DNA of 64,000 nucleotides from Candidatus Latescibacterota bacterium (GTDB lineage: Bacteria; Latescibacterota; UBA2968; SICM01), in the NCBI GenBank assembly GCA_965217865.1, contig CBDCJO010000002.1:5536001-5600000 (forward strand), in the 5' to 3' direction. The position numbers and the translations under genes were made by a program. The notes below the pieces were generated by a model, which saw only the letters and a program-made list of their open reading frames with translations, made no database searches and was not told the DNA's origin. Positions 1 through 10,156 of this stretch are shown piece after piece; position 1 is the stretch's first letter; each line of letters begins with the position of its first letter.

Positions 1-2
1 CC

Positions 3-251
3 CCCGATGGGAAATCCGTAGCCCCAGTGGATATCCGGCATTGCGATCGAATATTTTACGATACCTGGCAGATGAGCCACATTCGCGACTTGTTCCAAAC
101 ACTTGTCTCCCCGGATGCCCTTCATCAATCCATCGTCCGCATACACGATGCCCGGAACCCGCATTTGGCCGGACTTGGGAATTTCCCATCTGTTCTCGTC
201 TATTTTTCGGATTTCGACATCCACGGTCTCGGTTCCGACACGCCGTCCCAT
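3..251 (-). CDS. rtcB: RtcB family RNA ligase, 5' part (runs off the window)
   Basis: Not in the ORF track. Manual translation from ATG 251 gives [39 protein letters not shown]...[32 protein letters not shown]; PDxHxGYGFPIG is the RtcB signature. Confidence 0.9.
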   Translation of the reverse strand, partial: MGRRVGTETVDVEIRKIDENRWEIPKSGQMRVPGIVYADDGLMKGIRGDKCLEQVANVAHLPGIVKYSIAMPDIHWGYGFPIG

Positions 252-319
252 TGTGTTTCTTCCTTTTCGTGACAGAGGCTCGAATTTAGGGGGTGTGGCC
301 TCTTGTGAACGATCCATAT

Positions 320-353
320 AAAAAACAGGACAGGCGATTATCCGCCTGCCCTG
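320..353 (-). terminator. Intrinsic terminator downstream of prpC
   Basis: Minus strand reads CAGGGCAGGCG-gataat-CGCCTGTCCTG followed by TTTTTT. Confidence 0.75.
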
Positions 354-393
354 ACAATATAACCCTCCCTCAGAACCGAAGCAAACCCAAACG

Positions 394-1527
394 CTAAACC
401 CGATCTTCCAGCGGAACGAATTGGTTTTCCTCCGGTCCTTTATAGATGCTCGTCGGTCTCATGATCCTGTTATCCTCAAGCTGCTCGATCAGGTGGGCTG
501 ACCATCCGGCCACCCGGCTTGCCGCGAAGATAGGCGTGTACAAGGGAATCGGAAGGTCGAGCATGTAGTAAACATAGCCGCACGGAAAATCCACGTTTGG
601 AGGCAATTTCTTCTCACGACACATGACTTCCTCAACGACATGGGCCATACGGGGCCATTTCTGTTGGCCAAGTTTTTCACCCAATTCTTCGCCCAGTTTC
701 CGCATAATGGGTACCCTTGAATCCCCCTTTTTGTAAACCCTGTGGCCAAACCCCATGATCAGCTTCTTTTTCTCGAGGGCGTCCATCACCCACGACTCGG
801 CCTTCTCAATTTCACCGATCTCCAACAACATCTTGATGGCTTCCTCGTTTGCCCCACCGTGCAGGGGGCCCTTCAATGTCCCGATAGCCGAAACGATTGC
901 CGAATAGAAATCCGAAAGTGTGGAGGCAGTGACACGGGCCGCGAAAGTGGACGCATTGAAACTGTGCTCGGCGTAAAGGACCAACGAGACATCAAGTGCA
1001 CGCACCGCAAGGGGGGCCGGTTTAACTCCTTTAAGGAGGTAAAGGAAACTCTCCGCACACGACAGTTTCGAGTCCGGTTCAACGATGTCGAGATCCTCCC
1101 GGACCCTCTGGGTGGCCGCGATGATAGTCGGAATCTTCGCGATCAGTCTCAACCCCTTTCCGACATTTGCCTTGTGGGACATATCGTTTAAGGTTGTATC
1201 CTTAAGACCCAATGTTGAGACAGCGCTCCTAAGCAGATCCATCGGGTTTGCCGTTTTCGCGTAGTTTCGAATCAAATCCACGAGATCGTCCGGAATCGAG
1301 CGTTCGTTACCGATATACTCGGAGAACTCTGAGAGCTCCTTACGATTCGGGAGTTTCCCGATCAACAAAAGATGGGCGACCTCCTCGTACGTGGCCTTCT
1401 CTGCGAGCTCGTGGACGTCATAACCCCGGTAGATCAGACGGCTTCGATCCGGATCAACTTGAGAAATCGAGGAGATGCCCGCCACGACACCCGCCAAACC
1501 CGGGCTGTAGGCCTTTTCAACCGACAT
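394..1527 (-). CDS. prpC: 2-methylcitrate synthase / citrate synthase
   Basis: [23 protein letters not shown] and PNVDF motifs; adjacent to prpB. Confidence 0.85.
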   Translation of the reverse strand: MSVEKAYSPGLAGVVAGISSISQVDPDRSRLIYRGYDVHELAEKATYEEVAHLLLIGKLPNRKELSEFSEYIGNERSIPDDLVDLIRNYAKTANPMDLLRSAVSTLGLKDTTLNDMSHKANVGKGLRLIAKIPTIIAATQRVREDLDIVEPDSKLSCAESFLYLLKGVKPAPLAVRALDVSLVLYAEHSFNASTFAARVTASTLSDFYSAIVSAIGTLKGPLHGGANEEAIKMLLEIGEIEKAESWVMDALEKKKLIMGFGHRVYKKGDSRVPIMRKLGEELGEKLGQQKWPRMAHVVEEVMCREKKLPPNVDFPCGYVYYMLDLPIPLYTPIFAASRVAGWSAHLIEQLEDNRIMRPTSIYKGPEENQFVPLEDRV

Positions 1528-1622
1528 GGTGATTCCTTTATATGATCTGTGAAAGGTGGGATTTACTCAACCTGTGATCCAATTCAATTAATAGGATATC
1601 CTAGAAAAGACAAACGATATTG

Positions 1623-2540
1623 TCACGAATTGTCCCCAAGCCGTCGGTCGATCGCTTCGTGATCGGAATAACGGATAAGGTCGTAGAGCTCCTGCCGGGT
1701 CTGCATCCGGTCCACCAGACCCAACTGTGTGCCTTTGGCCCTCAACTCGGCGTAGGTGGCTTCCGCAGCCTTCATCGCGACACGAAAGGCTGTCATCGGA
1801 AAGATAACCATCCTATAGCCGATTTCAGAAAATTCGGCCACCGAGAGGAAGGGAGATTTTCCGAATTCTGTCATATTGGCCAGGAGCGGGGCCTTTACCT
1901 CTTTTGCGAATTCCGCGAACTCCTCCCGAGATGCGAGCGCCTCCGGAAATATGACGTCCGCCCCCGCCTTTAAATACGCGTGTGCCCTGGCGACCGCATC
2001 ATCGAAACCCGTCACGCCTCGTGCGTCCGTCCTCGCGACGATCAGAAAATCTGGATCCCCCCTCGCCTCAGTCGCAGCCGCCAGTTTTTGGACCATGTGA
2101 TCGGGAGAGATCAACGTCTTTCCCGAAAGATGTCCGCACCGTTTGGGGAATTCCTGATCCTCGAGATGGATTCCGCTCATACCCGCCCGTTCGAAGGCTC
2201 TTACCGTTCGATACACGTTGAGGGGCTCTCCAAACCCGGTATCCGCATCGCAGAGACACGGGATTCGCACTGCATCTGCGATGTACCCGGCCTGCCGCAC
2301 CACCTCGTCCATGGTTAAAAGGCCGATATCCGGGAAGCCCGCGACGCCGTTCGCGATTCCCGCCCCCGAGATGTAGAGGGCTTCAAATCCCGTTCGCTCG
2401 ACAAGAAGGGCGGACGCCGCATTGTAGGCTCCCGGCAGGACAACCGTTCCGCCGGCCATCAGCTTCCTCAGGCGTTTGGGCCTGGAGGTGCTTTTTTTTT
2501 CCTCGGTCTCGATATGGATCCTCGAACTTTTTTTAAACAA
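1623..2540 (-). CDS. prpB: Methylisocitrate lyase
   Basis: DADTGFG, EDQ..PKRCGH, ARTDA, LLANMTEFGK and MQTR.ELY motifs; start uncertain. Confidence 0.92.
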   Translation of the reverse strand: MFKKSSRIHIETEEKKSTSRPKRLRKLMAGGTVVLPGAYNAASALLVERTGFEALYISGAGIANGVAGFPDIGLLTMDEVVRQAGYIADAVRIPCLCDADTGFGEPLNVYRTVRAFERAGMSGIHLEDQEFPKRCGHLSGKTLISPDHMVQKLAAATEARGDPDFLIVARTDARGVTGFDDAVARAHAYLKAGADVIFPEALASREEFAEFAKEVKAPLLANMTEFGKSPFLSVAEFSEIGYRMVIFPMTAFRVAMKAAEATYAELRAKGTQLGLVDRMQTRQELYDLIRYSDHEAIDRRLGDNS

Positions 2541-2628
2541 TCGCTATTGAAGATAATGCAAAATCCACCGAAGCCGTTCCCTTTCCAACCCAGGATAGAT
2601 GCTCCGATCTCAACATCCTTTCCCGGAA

Positions 2629-2955
2629 TCAATAAGGCGTCTGGTTTGTTGTAATAGGACACCATCTTGAGGTGAAAAGATCATTGATCAAAGCCTCCCG
2701 GGCTTCGGTTGTCCCCAAGCGGCTCAAAGCGAGTGAAGCGTAAAACCGATTATACCGGTTCTCGTCGGCCAGGACCTGGATCAAATTCGGTATCGCATCG
2801 TTGTTGGGCCGGCTGGATTTGGCGAGCGAAAGGGTGGCGTTTCCGCGGACACGCCAGTCCTGTCCGGCGCTCCCGGGTTTATTCAAATGAGGATGTCGGT
2901 GCGGGTTCATGATATAATCGGGTCCGAGGATGCTGGTCAGGGTACCCCACACCAT
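2629..2955 (-). pseudogene. Probable remnant: PhyH-like segment fused to terminal HEAT repeats
   Basis: LTSILGPDYIMNPHRHPHLNKPGSAGQDW is joined directly to HEAT-like RVRGNATLSLAK...DENRYNRFYASLALSRLG. Confidence 0.5.
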
Positions 2956-3858
2956 TTATTCGAGCCACAGGGCTCTTATCCTATCGATTTCCGAACGGGT
3001 TTTTTCCGACAACTCACTCCCGCTTGAGGCTTTGACGTTCTCATCAAGCTGTTCAGTGGTTCTCGATCCCGGGATGATCGTCGAAATGGCCTGGGGGTTC
3101 AGGCAGAAATGGAGCGCCAAGCGGGTCATCCCCCCGTTGTAGCGTGATCCGAGCGGCCGAAGGTCCTCAGCCATGTCGATTTGTTCATTCATGCGGTGAT
3201 AAGCTCGATGAGCTCGGTGGTCTTCGGGAACCTCCTGTCCGGGGCGGAATTTTCCCGTCAGGATGCCTTGTGCCAACGGCATCCGGCAGACAATGCCCAC
3301 CTTATATTTGCTGGCAACGGAAAACAACCTTTCTTCTGCTTCGATGTTAAAAATGTTATAGGTGATCTGCAAAACCTCCACCCGTCCAAGCTTTATCAGC
3401 CAGATGGCATCTTCCGGGTTGTTCGCGGATACCGCCCGAAATTTTATCTTGCCCTCCTCCTTGAGTTTCATCATCCCGTCGGTCCAATCGTATCGCTTCA
3501 TCTCCTGACGATTCGGGCTGTGAAGGTGAAAAATATCGATGCGATCCCGACGCAAGCGCTTGAGGGAGGCCTCGGCACACGCGATCACCTGATTTGCGGA
3601 AAAATCCCTGCCCGGACCACCCATTTTGGTGGCGACGAGAAGATCTTCCCGATTGCCCACGACCTTCCCAAGAATCTCCTCGCTTCCCCCACCTTTGTAG
3701 GACTCCGCAGTATCGAAGATATTGATCCCCCGGTCAACCGCATTCTCCACAAGACGAATCCAGTGCGCATCCGGCCAATAAGGTTCCCGAAGGCGGTTGC
3801 AACCCATCCCCACTTCTGATACTTTGATCCCGGTGTTCCCTAGCTGTCGATAGATCAT
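2956..3858 (-). CDS. Aldo/keto reductase
   Basis: YRQLGNTGIKVSEVGMG, FDTAESY, ATK, SLKRLRRDRIDIFHLH, PLAQGILTGK and IIPG motifs. Confidence 0.92.
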   Translation of the reverse strand: MIYRQLGNTGIKVSEVGMGCNRLREPYWPDAHWIRLVENAVDRGINIFDTAESYKGGGSEEILGKVVGNREDLLVATKMGGPGRDFSANQVIACAEASLKRLRRDRIDIFHLHSPNRQEMKRYDWTDGMMKLKEEGKIKFRAVSANNPEDAIWLIKLGRVEVLQITYNIFNIEAEERLFSVASKYKVGIVCRMPLAQGILTGKFRPGQEVPEDHRAHRAYHRMNEQIDMAEDLRPLGSRYNGGMTRLALHFCLNPQAISTIIPGSRTTEQLDENVKASSGSELSEKTRSEIDRIRALWLE

Positions 3859-4253
3859 CAGGGGATCGATCCACGACAGAGATTGAATGCTTTTCGCACA
3901 TTGATTGACAAACCGCAGAGCCAGCAGAGGTGAATCGGACCGCGTATCATTCCTTTAGACGATATCAAAACAGCCGTAAACTGTGTCCCATTAAGCAAAT
4001 ATCTGATCCGATGGGAGACTTGACCGTCTTGGATTCGTTTTAGCCACGTCTCTATGGCATCATAGATTTCGGTCCAACCCAACGAATGGACAGATGACCA
4101 CCTTGGGTTTAGTAACATTATGTGCCCGAAGATGTATATTTCCTCGACAAGACCTTTAGTTTTTATTACCTTCTTTCCCGCCTCCAGCATATCGGATTGC
4201 ACGCCCAATTCGAATGTTCTAGACAAACCCCAAATTATGAAAGGCGTTGCGAC

Positions 4254-4808
4254 GTGTTTGAAGCTATCTTTTATTTCCTCCTTCTCGGCCTCGTCGTTTT
4301 CACAGGATATTCCATCGTGATCTATACCGTCTATAATAGAATGTCCCCTCTGCCCACTTCACGAAGAGTAAAAAAAGGAATTGTTGACCTGATCCGTCAC
4401 AGAGGAATCTCCGGGAAGGTGCTCGAGTTGGGATCGGGATGGGGAACACTGACGATTCCCCTTGCCAAAATTCTGCCTAATTGCGAGGTCTTTTCATACG
4501 AAAATTCACAAATCCCGTATGTTTTCACCAAATGCCGCCACCTGTTGTTTAAGTTAAATAACTTGAAAATCGTTCGGAAAAACTTTTTCCAAGCCTCTTT
4601 TGCCGGGGCGAATATGGTGATATGCTATCTTAATCCAAGGACTATGGAAAGGTTAAAAACCAAATTTGAATCTGAGTTGAATCCAGGAACTCTGGTCATC
4701 AGCAACACATTTGCCGTCCCCGGATGGCAACCGCTTAACGTGGTCGATTTTAATGACCTGCGTCGTAGCCGAATTTATGTGTATGTATGGAACGGCGGAT
4801 CGATGTGA
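4254..4808 (+). CDS. Class I SAM-dependent methyltransferase with N-terminal membrane anchor
   Basis: Probable GTG start at 4254; hydrophobic N-terminus; VLELGSGWG; ICYL; VISNTF; visibly AT-richer than its neighbours. Confidence 0.85.
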   Translation: MFEAIFYFLLLGLVVFTGYSIVIYTVYNRMSPLPTSRRVKKGIVDLIRHRGISGKVLELGSGWGTLTIPLAKILPNCEVFSYENSQIPYVFTKCRHLLFKLNNLKIVRKNFFQASFAGANMVICYLNPRTMERLKTKFESELNPGTLVISNTFAVPGWQPLNVVDFNDLRRSRIYVYVWNGGSM

Positions 4809-4836
4809 TGGAATCTGAGATCTCCTAGGAACAACC

Positions 4837-5712
4837 TCAATTGCTTAACCTCTGAATTATCGGCAGCCACTCCTCAAATGTCGTTTCCTCCTGTACCCGG
4901 CCCCGGATCACCCATTTAAATCCCTCAACGGGCCATCCCCAGAACGCTTTTCCAAGACAGTCCCCCTCCCTTGTGTACCGGATATCCAGAGACCATCGGA
5001 CCCCGTCGCTATGATTTGGCTGTCCCCGATGGAGCGTATATGAACTGAACATAACGACATCCCCCGGGGACATCTCACAATCCACCGCACGCGACTCGTT
5101 CAACTTTTTTCGGTCCACTTCCCGGAACTTTCCTTCTCCTTCTTCATAGGTATGTTCCAACAGCCCACGTTTGTGCGAACCCGGTAGGATCTGAAGACAA
5201 CCGTTATTCCGGTCCACCCGAACAATAGGCACCCAGCAGCCAATGATACTGGCGTTCAGCCCATCCCCTGTTTCATGGTCGGCGAAATAGAACACATCCT
5301 GATGCCATGGCACAAGCGTAAACGCTTGTCCGGGTAGTCGCGGACGGACCTGGAAGCTTGGATGGCCCATCACATCCGTGCCGAGCAGTTGTTCGGCGAC
5401 GTCCACCATGCCCGGCGTCCGGAAGAGCTCGAACAGTTCCCTGGAGGCCATCGTCGGTCTCCAGGAACGACCGTACCTTTTCAACAGGTGTTGCGGTACC
5501 TTTGCGAGTCGTGTCTCGAAGGGTTCCTTCGAAAAGTTCTCCTCCAACTCCTCTTCCCGAACCAGGTCATCGATGATCCCGTCACAGAGCCGGGAAAGCC
5601 GGTTGCGAATCCCTTCGATGATGTGCTCGGGTATTAGGTCCTGAAAAATGAGAAACCCATCCTCATCCCATCGGCGCCGCTGTTCTTCGGAGAGCTCCGG
5701 ATTGAATTTCAA
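4837..5712 (-). CDS. Phytanoyl-CoA dioxygenase family (Fe/2OG) protein
   Basis: PWHQD ... NGCLQILPGSH ... GDVVMF..TLHRG..N...RWS; HxD...H triad. Confidence 0.9.
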   Translation of the reverse strand: MKFNPELSEEQRRRWDEDGFLIFQDLIPEHIIEGIRNRLSRLCDGIIDDLVREEELEENFSKEPFETRLAKVPQHLLKRYGRSWRPTMASRELFELFRTPGMVDVAEQLLGTDVMGHPSFQVRPRLPGQAFTLVPWHQDVFYFADHETGDGLNASIIGCWVPIVRVDRNNGCLQILPGSHKRGLLEHTYEEGEGKFREVDRKKLNESRAVDCEMSPGDVVMFSSYTLHRGQPNHSDGVRWSLDIRYTREGDCLGKAFWGWPVEGFKWVIRGRVQEETTFEEWLPIIQRLSN

Positions 5713-5738
5713 GGTACCGTTCCAGGTTCAGGGTTTTG

Positions 5739-7097
5739 TTAAATTACGATCATCGGAAGGATCGTGCCCACGTCTTCCACTTCATCCAACCTCCAGATGA
5801 GATCCAGGATCTCACGCTGCTTTTTCTCAGAAAAAAACGGTCCCGCGAGCGATTCGAATTTCGCTTCCACCTCCCGATCCGTCATCGGGTTCTGATCATG
5901 CCCACGCGGAAAATCCACCCGCTTGGAGACCTTTTCTCCTGATTTCAGGGTGATATCGACGCGGTTAGGTATCCCCTCCGGATAGCCCCGATTCATCTCC
6001 TCACTCCGGTGAACCACCACCTTTTGTACAAGGTCCATCAATGCTTCATCCCTTATTCGATCTTCCGAAAACTGATCCATCCCGACGATCCCGTCAGCCA
6101 GCGCGACAGCCGTGCAGTATGGGAGACTGTGGTCCGCAGTCTCCCGGCTCTTCGGTCGCCACTTTTCCGGTTCCCCTCCGATGATATCCGCAGCTGCGTC
6201 GAAGGTAAAGATATCTACGGCATCGATATTCGCTATTCCTCCGACCTCCATCCGAATCTCCAGGGCGGCTTCAATCGCGCTCTGCGAATGATATTCCGCG
6301 GGGAAAAACTTGATGCTGGTCCGGTTGATCATATACGGACGGCCGTCCTCCCCCCCAAGCCCCCCGAGTTCGAAGGGGCCGGACACAAGCTTGTAAAACC
6401 CGAAGACCCCCTCGAACACTGACGTTGGACCGGTCAATCCGGCTTCGGCAAGAAGGGCTGCGAAGACCCCATTGCGCGATGCATTCGCGAATGCGCACCC
6501 CTTCCAGTGGGAAAGCTCTCCTGCCCGCGTCTGCCGGAGGGCGTTGTTCGGTACGCCGGCAAGGGCAAGCGAGTTTTCCGTTGCGTCTTCGTCCAGCCCC
6601 ATCAGGTATGAAGATAGAAGGGATGTCGAAAATGGACCGTACGTGACGTGATCCCAACCTCGGCTCCGGAGGCTCGCAGCATCGCAGAGCCTGCATTGGA
6701 TTTCATATCCGAGGACGATCGAAGTGATGAGCCTCTTTCCGTCCGATCCGCTTGCCTCGCCGACGGAAAGGGCGGGCGCGATATTGTCGCTGGGATGCGC
6801 CGGCTCCAAGGACAGATAGGTATCGTTGAAGTCCAGATAGCGGATCAGGGTTCCGTTGGCAAAGGCCGCCCAATCCGGCGACGTCCTGTGTGAAGTTCCG
6901 AGGACCGTAGCCCCGGGATCGGACCCCACCCGGCAGGCCAGCGTCCTGGCGATCCGGCCGGGTTCGCTGTGAAAGGCCCCAATCGCACAACCCAGTGAAT
7001 CGATTGTGCGACGCTTAACCTCGTGGACAGCCTCTTCGGGGATGCCTTCATAGGTTAGGGAACAAGCGTAGCGAGACAGGCGTTCGGAGAGAGTCAT
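5739..7097 (-). CDS. prpD: MmgE/PrpD 2-methylcitrate dehydratase
   Basis: RYLDFNDTY, AHPSDN, GWDHV, LSHWKG, IKFFPAEYHSQ and ETADHSLPY motifs. Confidence 0.92.
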   Translation of the reverse strand: MTLSERLSRYACSLTYEGIPEEAVHEVKRRTIDSLGCAIGAFHSEPGRIARTLACRVGSDPGATVLGTSHRTSPDWAAFANGTLIRYLDFNDTYLSLEPAHPSDNIAPALSVGEASGSDGKRLITSIVLGYEIQCRLCDAASLRSRGWDHVTYGPFSTSLLSSYLMGLDEDATENSLALAGVPNNALRQTRAGELSHWKGCAFANASRNGVFAALLAEAGLTGPTSVFEGVFGFYKLVSGPFELGGLGGEDGRPYMINRTSIKFFPAEYHSQSAIEAALEIRMEVGGIANIDAVDIFTFDAAADIIGGEPEKWRPKSRETADHSLPYCTAVALADGIVGMDQFSEDRIRDEALMDLVQKVVVHRSEEMNRGYPEGIPNRVDITLKSGEKVSKRVDFPRGHDQNPMTDREVEAKFESLAGPFFSEKKQREILDLIWRLDEVEDVGTILPMIVI

Positions 7098-7106
7098 ATA
7101 GGAAAA

Positions 7107-7230
7107 GGCAAACGTGAAACGTCAAACGGCAAACGGAAACCTGCATGGGCAGGTGCGTTTACTGCTTCTTCCACTGCTACTGCTCCTCTGGTGTTTACGC
7201 TTTCCATCTATTTGCCGTTTCATGTATCAC
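7107..7230. repeat. Inverted pair of degenerate heptamer arrays (G(G/T)SAAAC family)
   Basis: GGCAAAC GTGAAAC GTCAAAC GGCAAAC at 7107-7134; reverse-oriented ATTTGCC GTTTCAT GTATCAC at ~7210-7230. Confidence 0.7.
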
Positions 7231-10148
7231 GGGCCTTCAACCACATCCATCAACACCTCCACGGGGTGTCTCGCAAGACGACCCGTCCCGTGTAAAATCT
7301 GCTGGCGACACGAGATCCCCGCGGCTGCGATTTCCGCTTCAGGGGCCTCTTTCACGGCCTTGAACAACCGCTCCTCCCCAATGGCAAGGGAGAGCTCGTA
7401 GTGCTCTTTTTCATATCCGAATGATCCCGCCATTCCGCAGCATCCGGAGTCGATTTCCTCGACTTCGAATCCCCGGGGAATCCGAAGCAGTTCCAGTGCG
7501 GGTCCCGTCCCCATAAGTGCCTTCTGGTGACAATGGCCATGCAGGAGAAGTCGCCGTTCCTCCCCCGAAAACCGCAATCCAAGGCCACCTTCCAGATGGC
7601 GGTCTCGCAGGAACTCCTCGATCATCATGGCCTTGCTGGAAACAGTCCGGGCTTCGTCACTCCCAAGGAGATCGACGTAGTCATCCTTCAAGGCAGAAAT
7701 GCACGACGGCTCGCATCCAACGATAAAAATCCCCCGTTCAGCGTAAGGATAAAGGACTTCCACATTCCGACGGGCGACCTGGATCGCCTTTGGGATCATT
7801 CCCTTCGAGATCAACGGGCGGCCGCAGCATGGCCGTTTTGGTATGATCACCGAGAATCCCGCCTTCCGAAGCAGATGATAAGCCGCCATTCCGACTTTCG
7901 GGTAGTTGTAGTTCATGAAAGTGTCCGCGAAAAGGACGACCTCACGGGTGGCGGAAACGGGAGTTCCACTCTTTACCGCTTCTTTTTCCGCCCACGTCAT
8001 AAACGACTCTCGCGCAAACGGCATCAGATTTCGCCGGCCGTCAATACCCAGGTAACGATCCAGGATCCACCGGTGGGATCTCCTCCCCACGATCCAGTTG
8101 GAAAGCGGAGCCAGGGCGGAGCCCAACCGGCTCAGCCGGCCGATATTCCCGAAAGCCCGGGCACGGAGAGGCGTGCCGTGGATCTTGTAATAGCGGGAGA
8201 GGAACTCGTACTTGATCTTGGCCATGTCCACATTGGACGGACATTCGGATTTACACGCCTTGCACTCCAGGCAGAGATCCAGGGCTTCGAAGATCCGTGG
8301 ATCGATAAAGGATATCCGTCCTGAGATCGCTGCCCGCAGGAGGTTCGCCCGGCCACGCGTGGAATGTTCCTCTTCAAGGGTGGCCATAAAAGAAGGACAC
8401 ATCGTCCCCGTGATCTTTTTGCGGCAAACCCCGTTTCCGTTGCACATCTCGACCGCACGATGAAACCCTCGGTCGGCGGAGAAGTCGAAGTAAGTCCTCA
8501 TGTCCTCCGAGCTGTAGGATGGACCGAATCTCAGGTTTTCGGTCATATCCGGGGCATCCACGATCTTGCCTGGATTCATGATCCCCCGGGGATCGAAGGC
8601 CTTCTTAACCTCCCGGAAGGCCTCATATAGCCGACTCCCGAACATCTCTTCGTTCCAGCAGGACCTTGCAAGGCCGTCCCCGTGCTCTCCGCTCATAGCC
8701 CCCCCGTATGCTCTGACGAGGTCCCGGATCTGAACGGCGATGGACCGCATTTTTTTAATATCCCCGGGAGATTTCAGGTCGATCACAGGTCGAATATGGA
8801 GTACGCCCACAGAGGCGTGGGCATAATAAGACGCCGAAACATCGTGAGACTGGACGATCTGGTCGAACCTTTCGACGTATGAGGGGAGGTCCTTCACATC
8901 CACCGCCGAGTCTTCGACAAAGGCCACAGGCTTCCCATCCCCCTTCATTCCCATCAGGAGTCCTACCCCCGCCTTCCGCACCTTCCATACATTTCCCTGC
9001 TCAGTCGGGGTCAATGCCCGCACATAAGCATATCCCATCCCCTTGGCCTTCAGCCGAGATTCCAGCCCCTCAATTTTTTCGACCATCTCCCCTTCCGATA
9101 CCCCGCTGTACTCTACGACAAGGATCACCTCTGGATCTCCATTGAGGAAAGTCCGGACCCTGGCATATTCCACATTGTCCTTGGTCAGGTCTAGAATCAT
9201 TTTGTCGACAAGCTCAACGGCTGACGGACCGGTCTCCAGGATCGTCGCAACAGCTTTCATGGCGTGGATCAAGTTCCGGAAATGTACGATCTCCAGTGCC
9301 TTTTGTTTCGGGGTTGGCACCAGGTTGATCTTGATTTCCGTCGCGGTCACAAGGGTCCCTTCCGAGCCCGTAACGAATTTGGCAAGGTTGAACGGTTGGT
9401 CCTTGACCATTTCGTCCAGATTGTAACCGCCCACGCGACGCAGCACCTTCGGATAAACCCGATTGATCTCCTCCCGATTCGAATCGGCGATCCGCCTCAC
9501 CTCTCGGTAGATCTGACCCTCGAGCCCGTCCCTTTTCGCCTTTTCATCGTATTCGGATTCGGACACCGCATCAAATACGGTTTCCGTTCCGTCAGACAGG
9601 ATCACCTCCAAGGAAACGACGTAATCGATCGTTTTGCCGTAGATCACTGAGCGGGCCCCCGATGAGTTGTTTCCGACCATTCCCCCGATCGTCGCCCGAT
9701 CGCTGGTGGCCACATCCGGGGCAAACATCAGACCAAACGGCTTCAGGTGGGCGTTCAGTTCGTCGAGGACCACACCGGGTTGGACACGTGCGGAACGTTC
9801 TTTGGGATCCACCTCAAGAATGGCGTTCATGTACTTGGACATGTCCATCACCACGGCCTTTCCCACAGTCTGGCCGGCAAGACTCGTCCCTGCGCATCGG
9901 GGAAGAATCGGGACACCGTGACGAAAACAGATTTTCACCGTGGAAAGGACGTCCCCCCTGTGTCGCGGGATAACCACGCCGATCGGCATGATCTGATACA
10001 TGCTGGCATCGGTGCTGTACAGGATGCGCGTCAGCTCATCGAACCGTACTTCCCCCTCCACGACCCGTTTCAACTCTTCGATGAGCAGCGACAATTCAAC
10101 CATATCGTAGCCTTCAAGAGATTCAGGAATTGGAGGTCCGTCCCCCAA
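7227..10148 (-). CDS. FAD-linked oxidase fused to (Fe-S)/CCG domains (GlcD/GlcF-fusion, YdiJ-like)
   Basis: YSTDASMY, GTSLAGQ, GGMVGNNSSG, SGEHGDG, CNGNGVC, CLECKACKSECP, CCGRP, HGHCHQ, CCGMAG; true start may be ~10103. Confidence 0.88.
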   Translation of the reverse strand: MGDGPPIPESLEGYDMVELSLLIEELKRVVEGEVRFDELTRILYSTDASMYQIMPIGVVIPRHRGDVLSTVKICFRHGVPILPRCAGTSLAGQTVGKAVVMDMSKYMNAILEVDPKERSARVQPGVVLDELNAHLKPFGLMFAPDVATSDRATIGGMVGNNSSGARSVIYGKTIDYVVSLEVILSDGTETVFDAVSESEYDEKAKRDGLEGQIYREVRRIADSNREEINRVYPKVLRRVGGYNLDEMVKDQPFNLAKFVTGSEGTLVTATEIKINLVPTPKQKALEIVHFRNLIHAMKAVATILETGPSAVELVDKMILDLTKDNVEYARVRTFLNGDPEVILVVEYSGVSEGEMVEKIEGLESRLKAKGMGYAYVRALTPTEQGNVWKVRKAGVGLLMGMKGDGKPVAFVEDSAVDVKDLPSYVERFDQIVQSHDVSASYYAHASVGVLHIRPVIDLKSPGDIKKMRSIAVQIRDLVRAYGGAMSGEHGDGLARSCWNEEMFGSRLYEAFREVKKAFDPRGIMNPGKIVDAPDMTENLRFGPSYSSEDMRTYFDFSADRGFHRAVEMCNGNGVCRKKITGTMCPSFMATLEEEHSTRGRANLLRAAISGRISFIDPRIFEALDLCLECKACKSECPSNVDMAKIKYEFLSRYYKIHGTPLRARAFGNIGRLSRLGSALAPLSNWIVGRRSHRWILDRYLGIDGRRNLMPFARESFMTWAEKEAVKSGTPVSATREVVLFADTFMNYNYPKVGMAAYHLLRKAGFSVIIPKRPCCGRPLISKGMIPKAIQVARRNVEVLYPYAERGIFIVGCEPSCISALKDDYVDLLGSDEARTVSSKAMMIEEFLRDRHLEGGLGLRFSGEERRLLLHGHCHQKALMGTGPALELLRIPRGFEVEEIDSGCCGMAGSFGYEKEHYELSLAIGEERLFKAVKEAPEAEIAAAGISCRQQILHGTGRLARHPVEVLMDVVEGP

Positions 10149-10156
10149 ATCCGTAC

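Noticed and set aside
3858-4226. 122-aa minus-strand ORF
   Set aside because: No convincing family; GHIMLL…IETWL only faintly recalls a hydrolase C-terminus. At best a decayed fragment
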